A stretch of DNA of 64,000 nt from Felis catus (Eukaryota): NCBI RefSeq assembly GCF_018350175.1, contig NC_058383.1, positions 9,798,001 to 9,862,000 of the forward strand. Direction: 5' to 3'. The stretch's first letter is position 1, and each line of letters starts with the position of its first letter. A program made the translations under genes and the position numbers. Of the stretch, positions 35,501-47,382 are shown in pieces. The notes below the pieces were generated by a model, which was not told the origin of the DNA, did no database searches, and worked only from the letters and a program-made list of their open reading frames with translations.

Positions 35501-36260
35501 ACCCTGGTCTCTGACAACAGGTAGAAGTTCTTGTTACCTTCTACCGCCTTTGCAAGTCTCTGGAAATCCTTCCTGCCAATGAAAGCCTTCGATCCTGGCA
35601 TTGACCTCTCAACTAGATTGGCTTTGCCCGTCGCCATCTTCGGTCCTCCAGAGACCGCCCTGTCTATAGCATAGAACCACCACCACGGGCCTGCCAGCCT
35701 TCACCACAGCAAACCGGGCCAGCTGTCTGCTGCTCAAGTCCCCTTCGTCTCCCAGGGTCAGACCAAATGCAGGATCAGCGACCCAGAGTGGTGGCACAGC
35801 CTCTCACCCCCAGGAGCCAAAGCAACGGGAAACAATTGGTTAGATGCCGTGGGGTCCGATTCTGAGAGTAGGTCATTTCCAGACATGGTTTTCAGGTGAC
35901 CCTCAACTACCTCAGGTTTGAAGGCCCTAAACGAAGCTGATTACTACTCATAGGGACAAACCGAGGGGGTTCAGATAAATCTTGGTGATAACTTATAACA
36001 AACTCTCACATTTAGGTTTGCAGGGATAGGTTGGGTTTGTTTTTTCTTGTTTTTAACCTTTCCCCCAGTTTTCCGTTAGAATAGTTCCTATAAATGAATT
36101 TCATTTTCCACTGAGTGCCTACCTTCCCAGGGCAGGTAGCCACTGGCTTTTGTTCCCTTCCAACAATACTTTTCTTATGGTATTAAGACCTTTCTTTGTA
36201 TAATACATTGCATCTGTGTTTTCAATTTTTCAAATAAATATTTCAACCTGGCAATGGAGA
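32501..36260 (+). other. HIP1: HIP1 3'UTR (putative, about 3.7 kb)
   Basis: Follows the stop codon, contains no SINEs, and ends in a U-rich stretch leading to AATAAA at 36233-36238. Confidence 0.7.
36233..36238 (+). terminator. Polyadenylation signal AATAAA (HIP1)
   Basis: ttttc-aAATAAAta after U-rich upstream sequence containing TGTA; GT-rich agtagttgtga lies about 25 nt downstream. Confidence 0.7.
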
Positions 36261-37824
36261 GTAGTTGTGATGACCGGCCAACCAAAGTGGTTTGGAGGTT
36301 GGGGCTCCAGTGAAAAGCCTACACTTCTATCCTGGGATTCACTGAATCCGCTTAAGCTCTGGGCCTCTGGGAGTCGGTCTGAAAGACAGGACGTTTTCTG
36401 AGGAATACAACTGTAGAGAAACTGGTTTGCACTCCTTAATCATGTTCTGTCTCCTATACACTGTCCTGACCTTGGGAATGATCGAGCGGAACGTGCCAAA
36501 GTGGCCAATGCTGTCATTTATCTTGATGGCCGGGTCTGTGCGTGAAATCTCGGGATTTTAGGTGTGATCTGAGGTCCCAGGCTATGGATGAGCCTTTCCC
36601 CGCCTGCAAGACACAATAGTCACCTGCCGTCTTAAAAATTGGATGGGACAAATGCCGCTCAGTGCCAGAGGCTGCCAGTCCCGGCTCCCAGAGGATCTGC
36701 AGAGGGAGCTGCTGTTAAGCTAAGGGGACATCCAAGGGAGGGAGGGAGATGGGGAAGGCCCGGGGATGAATTGCCCAAATGACTCATCAAGTAAGGAGAG
36801 AGGGACCGCCCGGCGGGAAGATGATCTGGATAAATACAGAAATGGGGGACGCTTGCCTACAGCCGGGGTTTTCTGCTCCCTGCAGCAAAATGCAAGGGTG
36901 AGCCTGTTGCATTTGAAGCACCACTGAGAGAGTGGACAGACCTTGGTCACAGCTGTCCTGTAGATCACTCCTGGGGCTCAAGTGTGAAGTTGAGGGGTCT
37001 AAAAAGCCAGGCAGAGGGCTGCTTTGAGCTTCCAAGTGCCTTCCAGGGGCCTAGGTCTGGCCCGGCCAGCTGGGCCACCGAGGCAGGTGTACCCAGCCCT
37101 CGACACTGCCCAGCCTGCACATGGCCTTGACCAGATGCCCCAGAGGCTCTGGTACTCACACCTAAGGGGTCTTCCCAGCCTCCTGTGGCCACGCCCCAGT
37201 TCTAGAAAGGCAGCTTGGCCGGCTGGTCACTCCGGCAGGCAGAGCATTGCAAGGAATCTCGAGATCAGGCCACTAGAATGATACTAACATGCCTTAATAA
37301 GGGCGGTAGGGGCGGGAATTAGGGCTTACACAGACGGGCCAAATTTGGGGCCTGGGGGTAGCCCTGCCAAAGTAAAAGGCAACGAAGGGAATGGGCAAGT
37401 GGAAGGATAGTGCAGCTGAAATCTAAGCCGAGGGCACACAGCTGAGGCACACGCTGTCCTGTTGCCTGAAGCCCGTGAGTTCATCTTGCTCAGTCTGTAA
37501 CACGTTGCTGAACAGATGGTAGGCCTTTCAGCATTTTGGGGCGAGTGAACGTTTCTCTATTTACTCTGCATTCTTAGTCATACACACGTTTTATGAATCC
37601 ATCCACTGTGCGAGCACTGAAATGTCGAAAGATGAAGACTGTCCGTTCCCTACCCGCAAAGGTTACGTGCACGTGTTAGGTTTTATCAGATGTCTGTTTT
37701 GTGCAGGGCTGGCAACACGGTGTAGAGCGGAAACCCACCCTTCTAGAGCTTACAGGCGACACAGGGAAACAAGCAGGATAATCCAATAATCACAAAGACA
37801 AATGCAGAACTGCAGTCGGCCCTT

Positions 37825-38065
37825 GGGGCACCTGGGTGGCTCAGTCGGTTAAGCATCCGGCCTGGGCTCCGGTCACGATGGCCTTGGCTCAGGCCACGAT
37901 CTCAGTGCTCGTGAGTTCGAGCCCCGCGTCGGGCTCTGTGCTGACAGCTCGGAGCCTGGAGCCTGCTTTGGGTTCTGTGTCTCCCTCTCTCTGCCCCTCC
38001 TCCACACGTGCGCGCGCTCTCTCTCTCTCTCTCAAAAATATATAAACATTAAAATTTTTTTTTTA
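37825..38065 (+). mobile_element. Can-SINE with an internal 21-nt duplication
   Basis: Head at 37825; ggcctgggctccggtcacgat / ggccttggctcaggccacgat. Confidence 0.9.
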
Positions 38066-38074
38066 CAAAAACCA

Positions 38075-38942
38075 CAGCTGACTCTTGAACGACACGGGTT
38101 TGAGCTGCACGTTTTTTTATCCGTGAATATTTTTTGATAAACACAGTATAGCACTGTAGGTGCGTTTTGTGCCTCTCTTAATAGCATTTTCTTTTCTCTG
38201 GCTACGTTAGTGTAAGAATCCAGTGTACCTGAAAATACTGATTGGAAGGGGTACATGCACCCCGATCTTCATGGCAGCATTGTCAACAATAGCCAAATTA
38301 TGGCAAGAGCCCAAATGTCCATCGACTGATGAATGGATAAAGCAGGTGTGGTATATATATAAAATGGAATACTAAGCCACCAAAAAAGAAGGAAACCTTG
38401 CCATTTGCAACGACGTGAATGGACCTAGGGAGTGTTGTGCTAAGCGAAATAAGTCAGAGAGAGAGAAATACCATATGGTTTCACTCACATGTGGAATTTA
38501 AGAAACAAAACAGAAGAACATAAGGCGGGAGGGAATGAGAGAGAAACCAGAAAGCAGACTCTTAACTATGGAAAACAAACTGAGGGTTGTCAGAGGGGAG
38601 GTGGGCAGGGGGTGGGTTAAATCGGTGATCGGGATTAAGGACGGCACTTGTGATGAGCACTGGGTGTTGTATGTAAGTGACAAATCACTAAATTCAATAC
38701 CTGAAACTAATATTACACTCTATGTTAACTAACTGGAATTGAAATAAAAACTTGAAAAAGAAAAAAGAAGTATACGGCATATAACACATGTACAAAATAG
38801 GTGTTTGCTGACTATTTAGGTTATCGGTAAGGCTTCTGGTCAACAGTAGGCTACTAAGTTTTGGGAAAGCCAAAAATTACATGTGGATTTTCAGCTGTGT
38901 GGGCATCGGCGCCCCAAACTCCTACGTTGTTCGAGTCAACTG
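38075..38942. mobile_element. Tigger2a-like non-autonomous Tc1/mariner DNA transposon, split by an L1
   Basis: Terminal inverted repeats cagctgactcttgaacgac ... gttgttcgagtcaactg; internal ggttatcggtaaggcttctggtcaacagtaggcta. Confidence 0.8.
38230..38766 (+). mobile_element. 5'-truncated carnivore L1 (ORF2 C-terminus plus 3'UTR)
   Basis: gagcccaaatgtccatcgactgatgaatggataaag...gactcttaactatggaaaacaaactgagggtt...gatgagcactgggtgttgtatg...aataaaaa and A-rich tail. Confidence 0.9.
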
Positions 38943-38949
38943 TTCACTT

Positions 38950-40480
38950 AGAGTAGGCACAGTAACAATGCTCTGACAGCGTGGAAGGCCAGGTTATAGA
39001 AAAGCTTCCTTGATAAAGTGACAGCTACGCTAAGCTACAGAGTGTGAGGAAGTGTTGACTAGGCCACAAGGGAGGCAAAGCCCGTTCTCGATCGCAGGAG
39101 CTGCATGTGCAAAGGCCCTGTGGGACATTAAAGGAACTGAAAGGCCAGTAGAGCCCGAGCCCAGACAGTGGTTCAAGACGAGTCTGGGCAAAGAGGCAGG
39201 ACCTGATGACGCAGACAATGGAAAGCAGTTGATGGGCTTTAGGCAAAGGGATGTCAAAACCATATTTGCATTTCAAACAGACTATTCCAGATACAGTGTG
39301 GAGAACAGACCAGAGGGCAGGCCGCAAGAGTGGATGCAGAAATCCGGTAAAGAAGCTGCTGTATTAGTCCAGGCAGAGGATGGTGGAAGATAAGACAGTG
39401 GCAGTGGAGGGGCGCCTGGGTGGCTCAGTCAGTTAAGCGGCCGACTTCGGCTCAGGTCATGATCTCGCGGTCCGTGAGTTCGAGCCCCGTGTCGGGCTCT
39501 GGCCTGATGGCTCAGAGCCTGGAGCCTGCTTCCCATTCTGTGTCTCCCTCTCTCTCTGCCCCTCCCCCATTCATGCTCTGTCTCTCTCTGTCTCAAAATA
39601 AATAAACGTTAAAAAATTTAAATAAATAAATAAATAAATAAATAATAAGTAAAATAAATAAACTTAAAACAAAAAAAGGAGTGGCAGCGGAGATCGGGGG
39701 AAATGACAGGACAGAAGCACGTGTAAAAGGCAAAATATTCAAGACTTGGTTTAGATAGAGGGATACGGGAGAGAGGGAGGCCCAGGTTTCCGGCTTGTGC
39801 CATCCGCTCAAGAGAGGGGACACAAGAGGGCCAAGCTTGGCACAGATATTATGTCCTCAGCCGAGGTGCCTCTGAAGCACCCAGGTGAAAATGTTCGGTG
39901 GGCCCCTGGAGCCCAGGGAAGTCGGAAGCGATGGGAATTCATGGTAACTGGAACCATAGCGTAGATGGCCAAGAGGAGAGTGTGAAGAGAGAAGTGGGTC
40001 CAGCACTGAGGCATTTCGATATTCACAATAGTCAACTACAGGAGGCCACACTTGCCACGGACCTTTGAAAGAGCAGCTTGAGAGGCAGGAGGAAAATCGG
40101 GTGAATTGGCACTTGGAAATGAAGGGGGGACAGCGTTCCAAGGAGTGACACGAGATGGCGTCAGGTACTGCCCTTCTGGATGCGGGTTACAAGCAGATGC
40201 TGGAGGAGCTGTTGAGATCGCTCCCAAGTGGAAAGATCAGGAAAGGCTGCATGTGAACAGTGACTGATCCCCTAAGAGGCAGATCAGATTTCAACAGGTA
40301 GACATTGGGGATGAGGACATAGCAGGTGCAGGAAGATGCCACAGAAGATGTCAGTGTGAGGAAGCAAGGCGAGGAAAGCATCTACCCTCTGGTTTGGTTA
40401 AGGCATCAAATACAGGAGTGGAGAAATGGAAGACAGAGCTGAAGAGGTAAGTTGTGGCCGAGTGAAAGAAAATTTTGACT
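38950..40480 (-). mobile_element. L2 LINE fragments
   Basis: aagcttccttgataaagtgaca...gcatgtgcaaaggccctgtgg...gtccaggcagaggatggtgg. Confidence 0.55.
39409..39678 (+). mobile_element. Can-SINE with (TAAA)n tail
   Basis: TSD agtggcag(t/c)gga. Confidence 0.94.
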
Positions 40481-40483
40481 CAA

Positions 40484-40718
40484 GGGGCACCCCAATGGCT
40501 CAGTTGGTTGAGCGTCCGACTTCGGCTCAGGTCATGATCTCGCAGTTCACGAGTTCAAGCCCCACGTCGGGCTCTGTGCTGACAGCTCGGAGCCTGGAGC
40601 CTGTTTCCGATTCTGTGTCTCCCTCTCTCTCTTTGCCCCCCCCCCCCATTCCACCTCCTCGCTCTGTGTTTCTCTCTCAAAAATAAACAAACGTTAAAAA
40701 AAAAAAAAAAAGAAAGAA
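40484..40718 (+). mobile_element. Can-SINE
   Basis: TSD aagaa(a/c)attttgactc. Confidence 0.93.
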
Positions 40719-42001
40719 AGAACATTTTGACTCCCAGGCTGAGAAGTTTTCATTTTGTTCCCCAGTGAGCCACTGACGAGCCCTTGGTAGAATGGGCTTG
40801 TCTCACATCCTCGCCTCCCGGGTTCACCGGTCAGACTGGCCAACCGGAAACACTGTTGTGTCACCCCACAGGATCCTCCACACTCCCTCGTAGGCCCCCC
40901 TTCCACTCTGCCTTTCACCTCTCGCAATTCCGTGAGCCTGCACTGAGCAATCTGGTGGGCACGCGGGCTCCGTGATCCACACTGTTCCTAGAGAAAGTCT
41001 AAGTTTCTAGTTTTAGTAAAGCGTCCAGGATCCTTGAAAGCATCCTGGACTGTCCCTCAAAAATTTCTCCTGAAATCTCCACGTCCAGTTACATTTTTTC
41101 CCCTCCAAGACCAACTTTGGAAACTAAATTGTATTCGACTCCTATCTGGTTGAAAATGACTAATATTACAACAGGTGTAACTTCTTGAATTCTGTCAATT
41201 CAGCAACCGTCGCTGATTTCCTATCCTACACACGAGACTGGTAAGAGGGAAAAAAAAAAATAAGCAAGAGCTTGTCCCTTCTCTAAGGACCTTCCAGACT
41301 TGGAAGATAGACACATACATGAGAAACTGAAGGATACGTGTGAAAGAGATGAAACGCTGTTTGAGGAAATCCAGCGGTATTCAAAAGGAAAGAGAGGGGT
41401 GAGGCGATCACTTTAGGAGGTAACAGCATCTAGAGAGGTGTTTTTAAGGAGAAAGACGGAAGCACGCTTCAAAGCTAAAACAAAGTCAAAGGAGGTAGAG
41501 ATGCAGGTATGGCGGAAGGAGGAGGAGGGCTGTAGCACATTCCTTGATTGATTGATTCATTCATTCATTCATTCCTCCCCCAAGTCCTTATTCAATGCCC
41601 GCCATGTTGAAGGCAGGAGGGACACAGTGCCAGGGACACGTCTGCCCTCCAAAAGCTTGGGTGGTCCGGTGGGTCAGCTGACGCCGAACCAGTGTGATGC
41701 AGGACCCAAAAGGTTCGTGGAAAGGGGGACCAGCACGTTCAAGAAGCTAGTACATTCAAGGAGGTCAGGGGAAGCTCCTGTGAGCAAATGACATTTAAGC
41801 TGAAACTTGAAGAGTAAGGAGAAGTTGGCAGTGGGGGAGGGGGGGGGAGGAATACTCCAGGCAAAGCTAACAGCAGGGAGAGAGACTTTGGAACACTGAA
41901 GAATGACAGAAGCCTGTGCGGATGGAGCGTGACCAAACTGAGTGCCAGATGGGAGAAGGTCTCGAATGCCACTTGAAGGATTGGAGGCTTTGTCAACGTG
42001 G

Positions 42002-42214
42002 TTTTTTTTGTTTTTTTTTGGTTTTTTTTTGAGACAGAGAGAGACAGAGCATGAACAGGGGAGGGTCAGAGAGAGGGAGACACAGAATCTGAAACAGGTT
42101 CCAGGCTCTGAGCCGTCAGCCCAGAGCCCGACGCGGGGCTCGAACTCACGGACCGCGAGATCGTGACCTGAGCCGAAGTCGGCCAATTAACCGACTGAGC
42201 CACCCAGGTGCCCC
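42002..42214 (-). mobile_element. Can-SINE
   Basis: Reverse-complement body ending caggtgcccc. Confidence 0.92.
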
Positions 42215-42585
42215 ATGTTTTTTTTTTTTTTTTTAATTGAGGTGAAATTCTCATAAAATTAACCATTTAGTACACTTTGGACATTCACACCGTCATGCAA
42301 CCACAATCTCTTTCCGGTTCCCAAACATTTTCATCTGCCCAGAAGAAAACCTCTTACCCACTCAGCAGCCACCCCGACCCGCCCTCTCCCCAGCCCCTTG
42401 AACCAACTGATTTGTTTCTGTCTCTATGCAACGGTGGATGACAGATGGCGTTATAAGCCAGTGAGGAAATTATGGGATATCTAAATACTCAAAACATTAA
42501 GTTTTATGGATATAAGTGGGGGGGGGAGGGGGTCACTGGGACAGAGAACAAAGGAAACTTCATTTTTACCTGGACTCTTTCCTTT

Positions 42586-42854
42586 TGACAGGGTTCAGGA
42601 CGCGCTGATATCCCATCGGCACATCTAGCATATTGAATATTTGAAGCTGAAGGAAACTGAGAAATAGCACGTACAGGAAGGACTTTGCGGCCTTCCTCTG
42701 AAGCAGGTCATGTGAGAGGTACCCTCCTTATATCTGGAGGAAAGGAACGTCCTTATCTCCAGAGGGATGCTGAGAAGAATTGGAACAGGGCTTCCTTGCT
42801 GTTTCTCCCAGTTTACTGCACTCAGCTCACATTTTCTTCATTCTATCAGTTTTC

Positions 42855-42897
<43 letters not shown>

Positions 42898-43298
42898 TTT
42901 TTGAGAGAGAGCGAGTGAGCAGGGGAGGTGCGGGGGTGGGGGGAGGGGGGACAGAGGATCTGAAGCGGGCTCTGCGTGGACCGCAGAAAGCCCGAACCCA
43001 CGAGCTGTGAGATCACGACCTGAGCCGAAGGCAGACTCTCAACCGACTGAGCCACCCGGGTGCCCCTCATTCTATCACTTTTTCCACGACTTTCATCATT
43101 AAACCTAGCATAGCAACACTCAGGTTTAACTAACCACTCCTTTAGGTCTTCATTCCTGTATGAAGACGCCCACGTCATGTAAAACTGATTTTATATAAAA
43201 GTGTACGTTTTTCTGTTGTTCGTCTATCTTCTGTTGCAAGGGCCCCAGCTAAGAAGGTAGAAAGGCAGAGGAGGGAAAAGACCTTTTCCTCCCCTGCA
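42586..43298 (+). mobile_element. ERV1-class LTR (MER34/MER39-like), interrupted by a SINE and followed by a PBS
   Basis: TG...CA termini: tgacagggttcagga...gcatattgaatatttgaagctgaagg...ggtcttcattcc...ttttcctcccctgca. Confidence 0.75.
42851..43066 (-). mobile_element. Can-SINE inside the LTR
   Basis: (TTTA)n tail; TSD tcattctatca. Confidence 0.9.
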
Positions 43299-43529
43299 GT
43301 TTCTGACAACCACAAAGGGACGGCCGGGATACCTCACTTGCTCCAGAGCAATTAGATGTAGGTGAAAGCCTTTACTGAAAGTACAATGGGATTGAGTGGC
43401 AAGTTTGGGGCAGACTTTAGGAAACTGCGGTGAAATGCTGTAGTTAATATGACAGCAAGGTTCCAGAACGGATAAGAGAACTTCCAAATCTGCAGGAGGA
43501 GCACAGTGCCATTAAAAAGCATACACTGG

Positions 43530-43920
43530 GGGGCGCCTGGGTGGCTCAGTCGGTTAAGCAGCCGACTTCGGCTCAGGCCGTGATCTCACGGTCCGTGAGT
43601 TCGAGCCCCGAGTCGGGCTCTGTGCTGACAGCTCAGAGCCTGGAGCCTGCTTCAGATTCTGTGTCTCCCTCTCTGTCTGACCCTCCCCCGATCATGCTCT
43701 GTCTCTGTCTCAAAAATAAATAAACATTAAAAAAAAAAAAAAAAAGAAAGCATGCACTGGGGCACTGGGTGGCTCAGTCAGTTGAACATCCCAACTCTTG
43801 ATTTCGTCTCAGGTTATGATCTCGCAGTTGGTGAGATTGAGCCCCGCGTCAGGCTCTGAGCTAACAGTGCACAGAGCCTGCTTGAGATTCTCTCTCAAAA
43901 TAAACTTAAAAAAAAAAAAA
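43530..43920 (+). mobile_element. Two tandem Can-SINEs (43530-43745, 43758-43920)
   Basis: Two heads; flanking motif aaagcat(a/g)ca occurs three times. Confidence 0.92.
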
Positions 43921-44659
43921 GAAAGCATGCATCTACAGAGGAGTGACGGCATGATTCTTTGGTTTTCACCGGCAATGTTTACAATCTCTGCAGCCAGACT
44001 GGAGAGAAGACACAGGCTGGTTTTGCAAGGGATGGACATTGGCCAAAAGGGCAGAATGAAAACTCACTGAGGTGAGAACTAGATCGGTCAGGATATCCAA
44101 GCCATTTGGGAAAGGAAGAGAAGCCCAGAGGGGGCCGCTGGTTACAGCCAAAGAGACCTGGCTGCCATGAGGGTGAAAAGCCTATTCATAGAAGAGCTGG
44201 AGAAATGTGAATTATGCATTAAAATGAAGGGTCAAGAGAGGTAACAGAATCATTTCATGGGAGGAATGAGAGATTGCAGAGTTTGACCCCCTCCCCTTCC
44301 CCCAGATGGCTTTTCTCTAATGCTGAGACTGGTAGAACAGGTGTTAGCTACTCAGTTTCATCCAAACCTTGAGACAGAATGATTATGAGGGGGTAATACC
44401 CCTCAGCTATTGTAAAGAAAGAAAAAAAAAAAGGTGCCCTTTGGGTCTGCCTTCAGTCTAATTGCGCCATTTTCCGGGAGTCTTTACAAAGGTCTGAGCA
44501 ATTTACAAGGGAACAAAACAAAAACCCGATCTCCAGCTACTTGCGGGTGCTCTGTTCCTGGGGGTCCCAGAGAAACCCTGCACAAACCAAGGGCAGAGCC
44601 GCAGGGGGATTTGGGTTCTCAAAGCGCCACACAGCCTGGGAGGCACACACCACCCTAAG

Positions 44660-45480
44660 GGACGCGGGTCACTGGACGTGAGCGGATTCCCTCCTCCCTT
44701 GGGAAAGAGTCACCGAATGGGATCCCGCAAGTCTACAAGGCGAGGACGGAAGGCGGGAACGACGGCCAGCAGGCGCTCTTCCCCTTCCTGACCCGAGACT
44801 CCCGAAGCCCACTGCGGGTAGGGAGCAGCCTAGAGCGGTTGCCCGGCAACCGGCTCCCTCGCCCGCTCTCGCGGGAGTCGCCCACAGTGACGCGAGACGC
44901 GCGTGGTGCACGGCGGGACCACGCGGCGTTCGCCTGCTGGCGGCGGGCTGGCTACGGAGGTTGGAGACGCGTCCTCACGGCCCAGGCTGGAGTACGACGT
45001 GGCCTCCCGGGCCGCAGCCTCCTGGACTGGCCGCTTGCCGGGCCGTGGATGGGCCACCGCCTGGAGGTGCGCCGTGGGGTAAGCTCCTTCCGCGCGCTCT
45101 GGCCGCGGGACCTCGCGCGTCCCCGTCCTTGAGGCTCGCTTTTGGGCCGGCCACCAGCGCTTGCGACTCCCGCGAGGTGGGGGCCGCAGGACGCTGTGCG
45201 CCTGGGTGTGTCGGGCACGTCATAATGGAAAGGCAGTTCGGCGCATAGTAGGTGCGCGGCGTTTGCTGCTTGGCAGGCGCTCCAGCGGTCGATCCTGCGC
45301 CTTTTTCGCCGATTCCTGGGCCCCCGTGGGTTCCACGATGCCGCTCCTTCGATGACATTGGGTCTCCTCTGCCTGCTGTCCCTTCCTTGGTTTCTGCTCC
45401 TGAGCATTACGTCTCTGTTCAGGATTCAGTTCTTGGCGCTCTTTTAAGAGATGTTGGCCAGCCCTCCCGTCTCCCTGATC
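44660..45480. promoter_or_regulatory. CpG island / probable promoter of an unidentified transcript
   Basis: Abrupt GC- and CpG-dense block (e.g. gacgcgagacgcgcgtgg, ctcgcgcgtccccg) in otherwise CpG-depleted repeat-rich DNA; contains an X-box, a TCTCGCGGGA motif and a + strand donor GG|GTAAGC at 45079. Confidence 0.85.
44836..44852. promoter_or_regulatory. RFX X-box (perfect palindrome)
   Basis: CGGTTGCC-C-GGCAACCG fits the RFX consensus GTNRCC(N0-3)RGYAAC. Confidence 0.7.
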
Positions 45481-46258
45481 ACCCAGGTTGTTTACATGGC
45501 TCCTAAATGCTGTCGTCGTCAGACAGGACTTCTCCTGTAAGTTCTAGGGCTGCATTTCATCTCTTTGTAGGGCAGCTTTGTGCCTTTTTCCCATATCGCA
45601 GACTCCGCCTGAATCTGGCCTGGTGATTTTCGCTTGTCTCCCAGTCTCCCTCCTCCTGTGTGTTGGCTGACTCAGTTCACAACAGTCACTAAGGCATGAA
45701 ACCGTCAGATTTGACCCGTGACCAGCTCTTCAGCGCCATCATTCCGTGAGGTGGCGGATCCTCTAAAGCCGTCCCCATCCTTGGGTTCCCACGGGTCTTT
45801 TCGGGCCCTGTTCCATTTCTTCGTTTAGTTTTCTTCAAACCGGATAATTTCAAAGGACCGGTCTTCAAGTTTGCTGATCTTTTCTTTTACTTCTCAGATC
45901 TGCTGCTGAACCCCTCTAGTGAGCTGCTCATTTAATGTACTCTTCGGTCCAGAATTTCTGGCTGGTTCATCTCCGTAATTCTTTCTTTTCATAGATATTC
46001 TCCTTTTGTTCATCTCTTGTTTTCCTGATTTCCTTTAGTTCTTTGGCCGTGATTTCCTGAGCTCACTGAGCACATTTAAGATGGTTGGTTTAAAGTTTGT
46101 GTTTAGCAAGTGCAATGCCTGGGCTTCCTTGGGGATGGTTTCAGCCAAATTCTTTTTTTTTTTCCCCCTGGGAGTGGTCTGTACTTTCCTGTTTCTTTGT
46201 GTGTTTTATCATTTTTTTGGTGACAACTGTACATTCAAATGTTATAACGTGGTGACTT

Positions 46259-46484
46259 TTTTTTTTTTAATTTTTTTTTTTCAACGTTTATTTATTTTTG
46301 GGACAGAGAGAGACAGAGCATGAACGGGGGAGGGGCAGAGAGAGAGGGAGACACAGAATCGGAAACAGGCTCCAGGCTCTGAGCCATCAGCCCAGAGCCT
46401 GACGCGGGGCTCGAACTCACGGACCGTGAGATCGTGACCTGGCTGAAGTCGGACGCTTAACCGACTGCGCCACCCAGGCACCCC
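46259..46484 (-). mobile_element. Can-SINE, young feline subfamily
   Basis: cgtgacctggctgaagtcggacgcttaaccgactgcgccacccagg; TSD gtggtgacttt. Confidence 0.95.
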
Positions 46485-47172
46485 ATGTGGTGACTTTCAA
46501 AATGTGATTTTCTTAGTCATCGGGGATTGCTAATTTTTGTTTGCTGAGAGCCGGGACTGTGTTACCTTTCCAAACTAATTTTGCAAAATGTGTATGCTTT
46601 GTTTTTGCATCATCACCGAAGTTTCTGTTCCGTTTTCTCTGCAGTCAGTAAGTAACCTGCCATAGATTTCCTTAAATGCTTGCCTCTAAGTTGGGAAGCA
46701 GGGGAAGGGAATGCTGTCTCTTCAGGTCTGATAGATGCTCCCCGGGGAAGCCGTGGCCGCCAAGAAGGTCAAATGCACAGCAAGTATCTGTGCTGGTCGT
46801 CAGGGATCTGTCAGAGTGTCCAAAACGTGTAACCCCAAACTTACGGAGGACGAGGTTTCCACAGCCTGCCCTGGGGCCAGCAGATTCTTCAGGAATGCAG
46901 GCTGCTACCCATACAGCTGCAGCACGTCTGTCTGAGGAACGGGGGGATATTGGCTGGTTTCCACATGCTGCTCGCTTGCGAAGAATCAGCACCCTCTCCG
47001 TTCATTTTGGAAGGACTCCTCTGGTTGTTAAAAGTCTCCGGTCATGTTCCAGAATTCCAAAATAGTTGACTCTAATCATTTTTCCCAGTTCAGTGGTTGC
47101 TTTGGTGAAGGGACCAACCTTTAGAGCTTCCTACTCCTCCATTTTGTGTGCTGTCACGCTGGGTAGTTTGGG

Positions 47173-47382
47173 TTTTTTTTTTTTTTTTAAATGTTTATTT
47201 ATTTTTGAGAGAGACTGTGAGCTGGGAGGGGGCAGACAGAGAGGGAGACACAGGATCTGAAGCAGCCTCCAGGCTCTGAGCCATTAGCACAGAGCCTGAC
47301 ACGAGGCTCGAACTCATGAAGCACAAGATCATGACCTAAGCCGAAGTGGGACACTTAACTGACTGAAACACCTAGGCATCCC
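47173..47382 (-). mobile_element. Can-SINE
   Basis: Reverse-complement body and poly-T. Confidence 0.9.

Noticed and set aside
41023..41050. Hairpin gtccaggat...atcctggac (and gttaagat-caga-atcttaac at 28512-28531)
   Set aside because: Stems of 8-9 bp are expected by chance in 64 kb, are too short for a pre-miRNA, and have no supporting context.
44669..45506. Several Arg/Pro/Gly-rich ORFs on both strands, considered as a POM121 first coding exon
   Set aside because: Stop-poor CpG-island sequence; none shows the hydrophobic N-terminal transmembrane segment expected of POM121.
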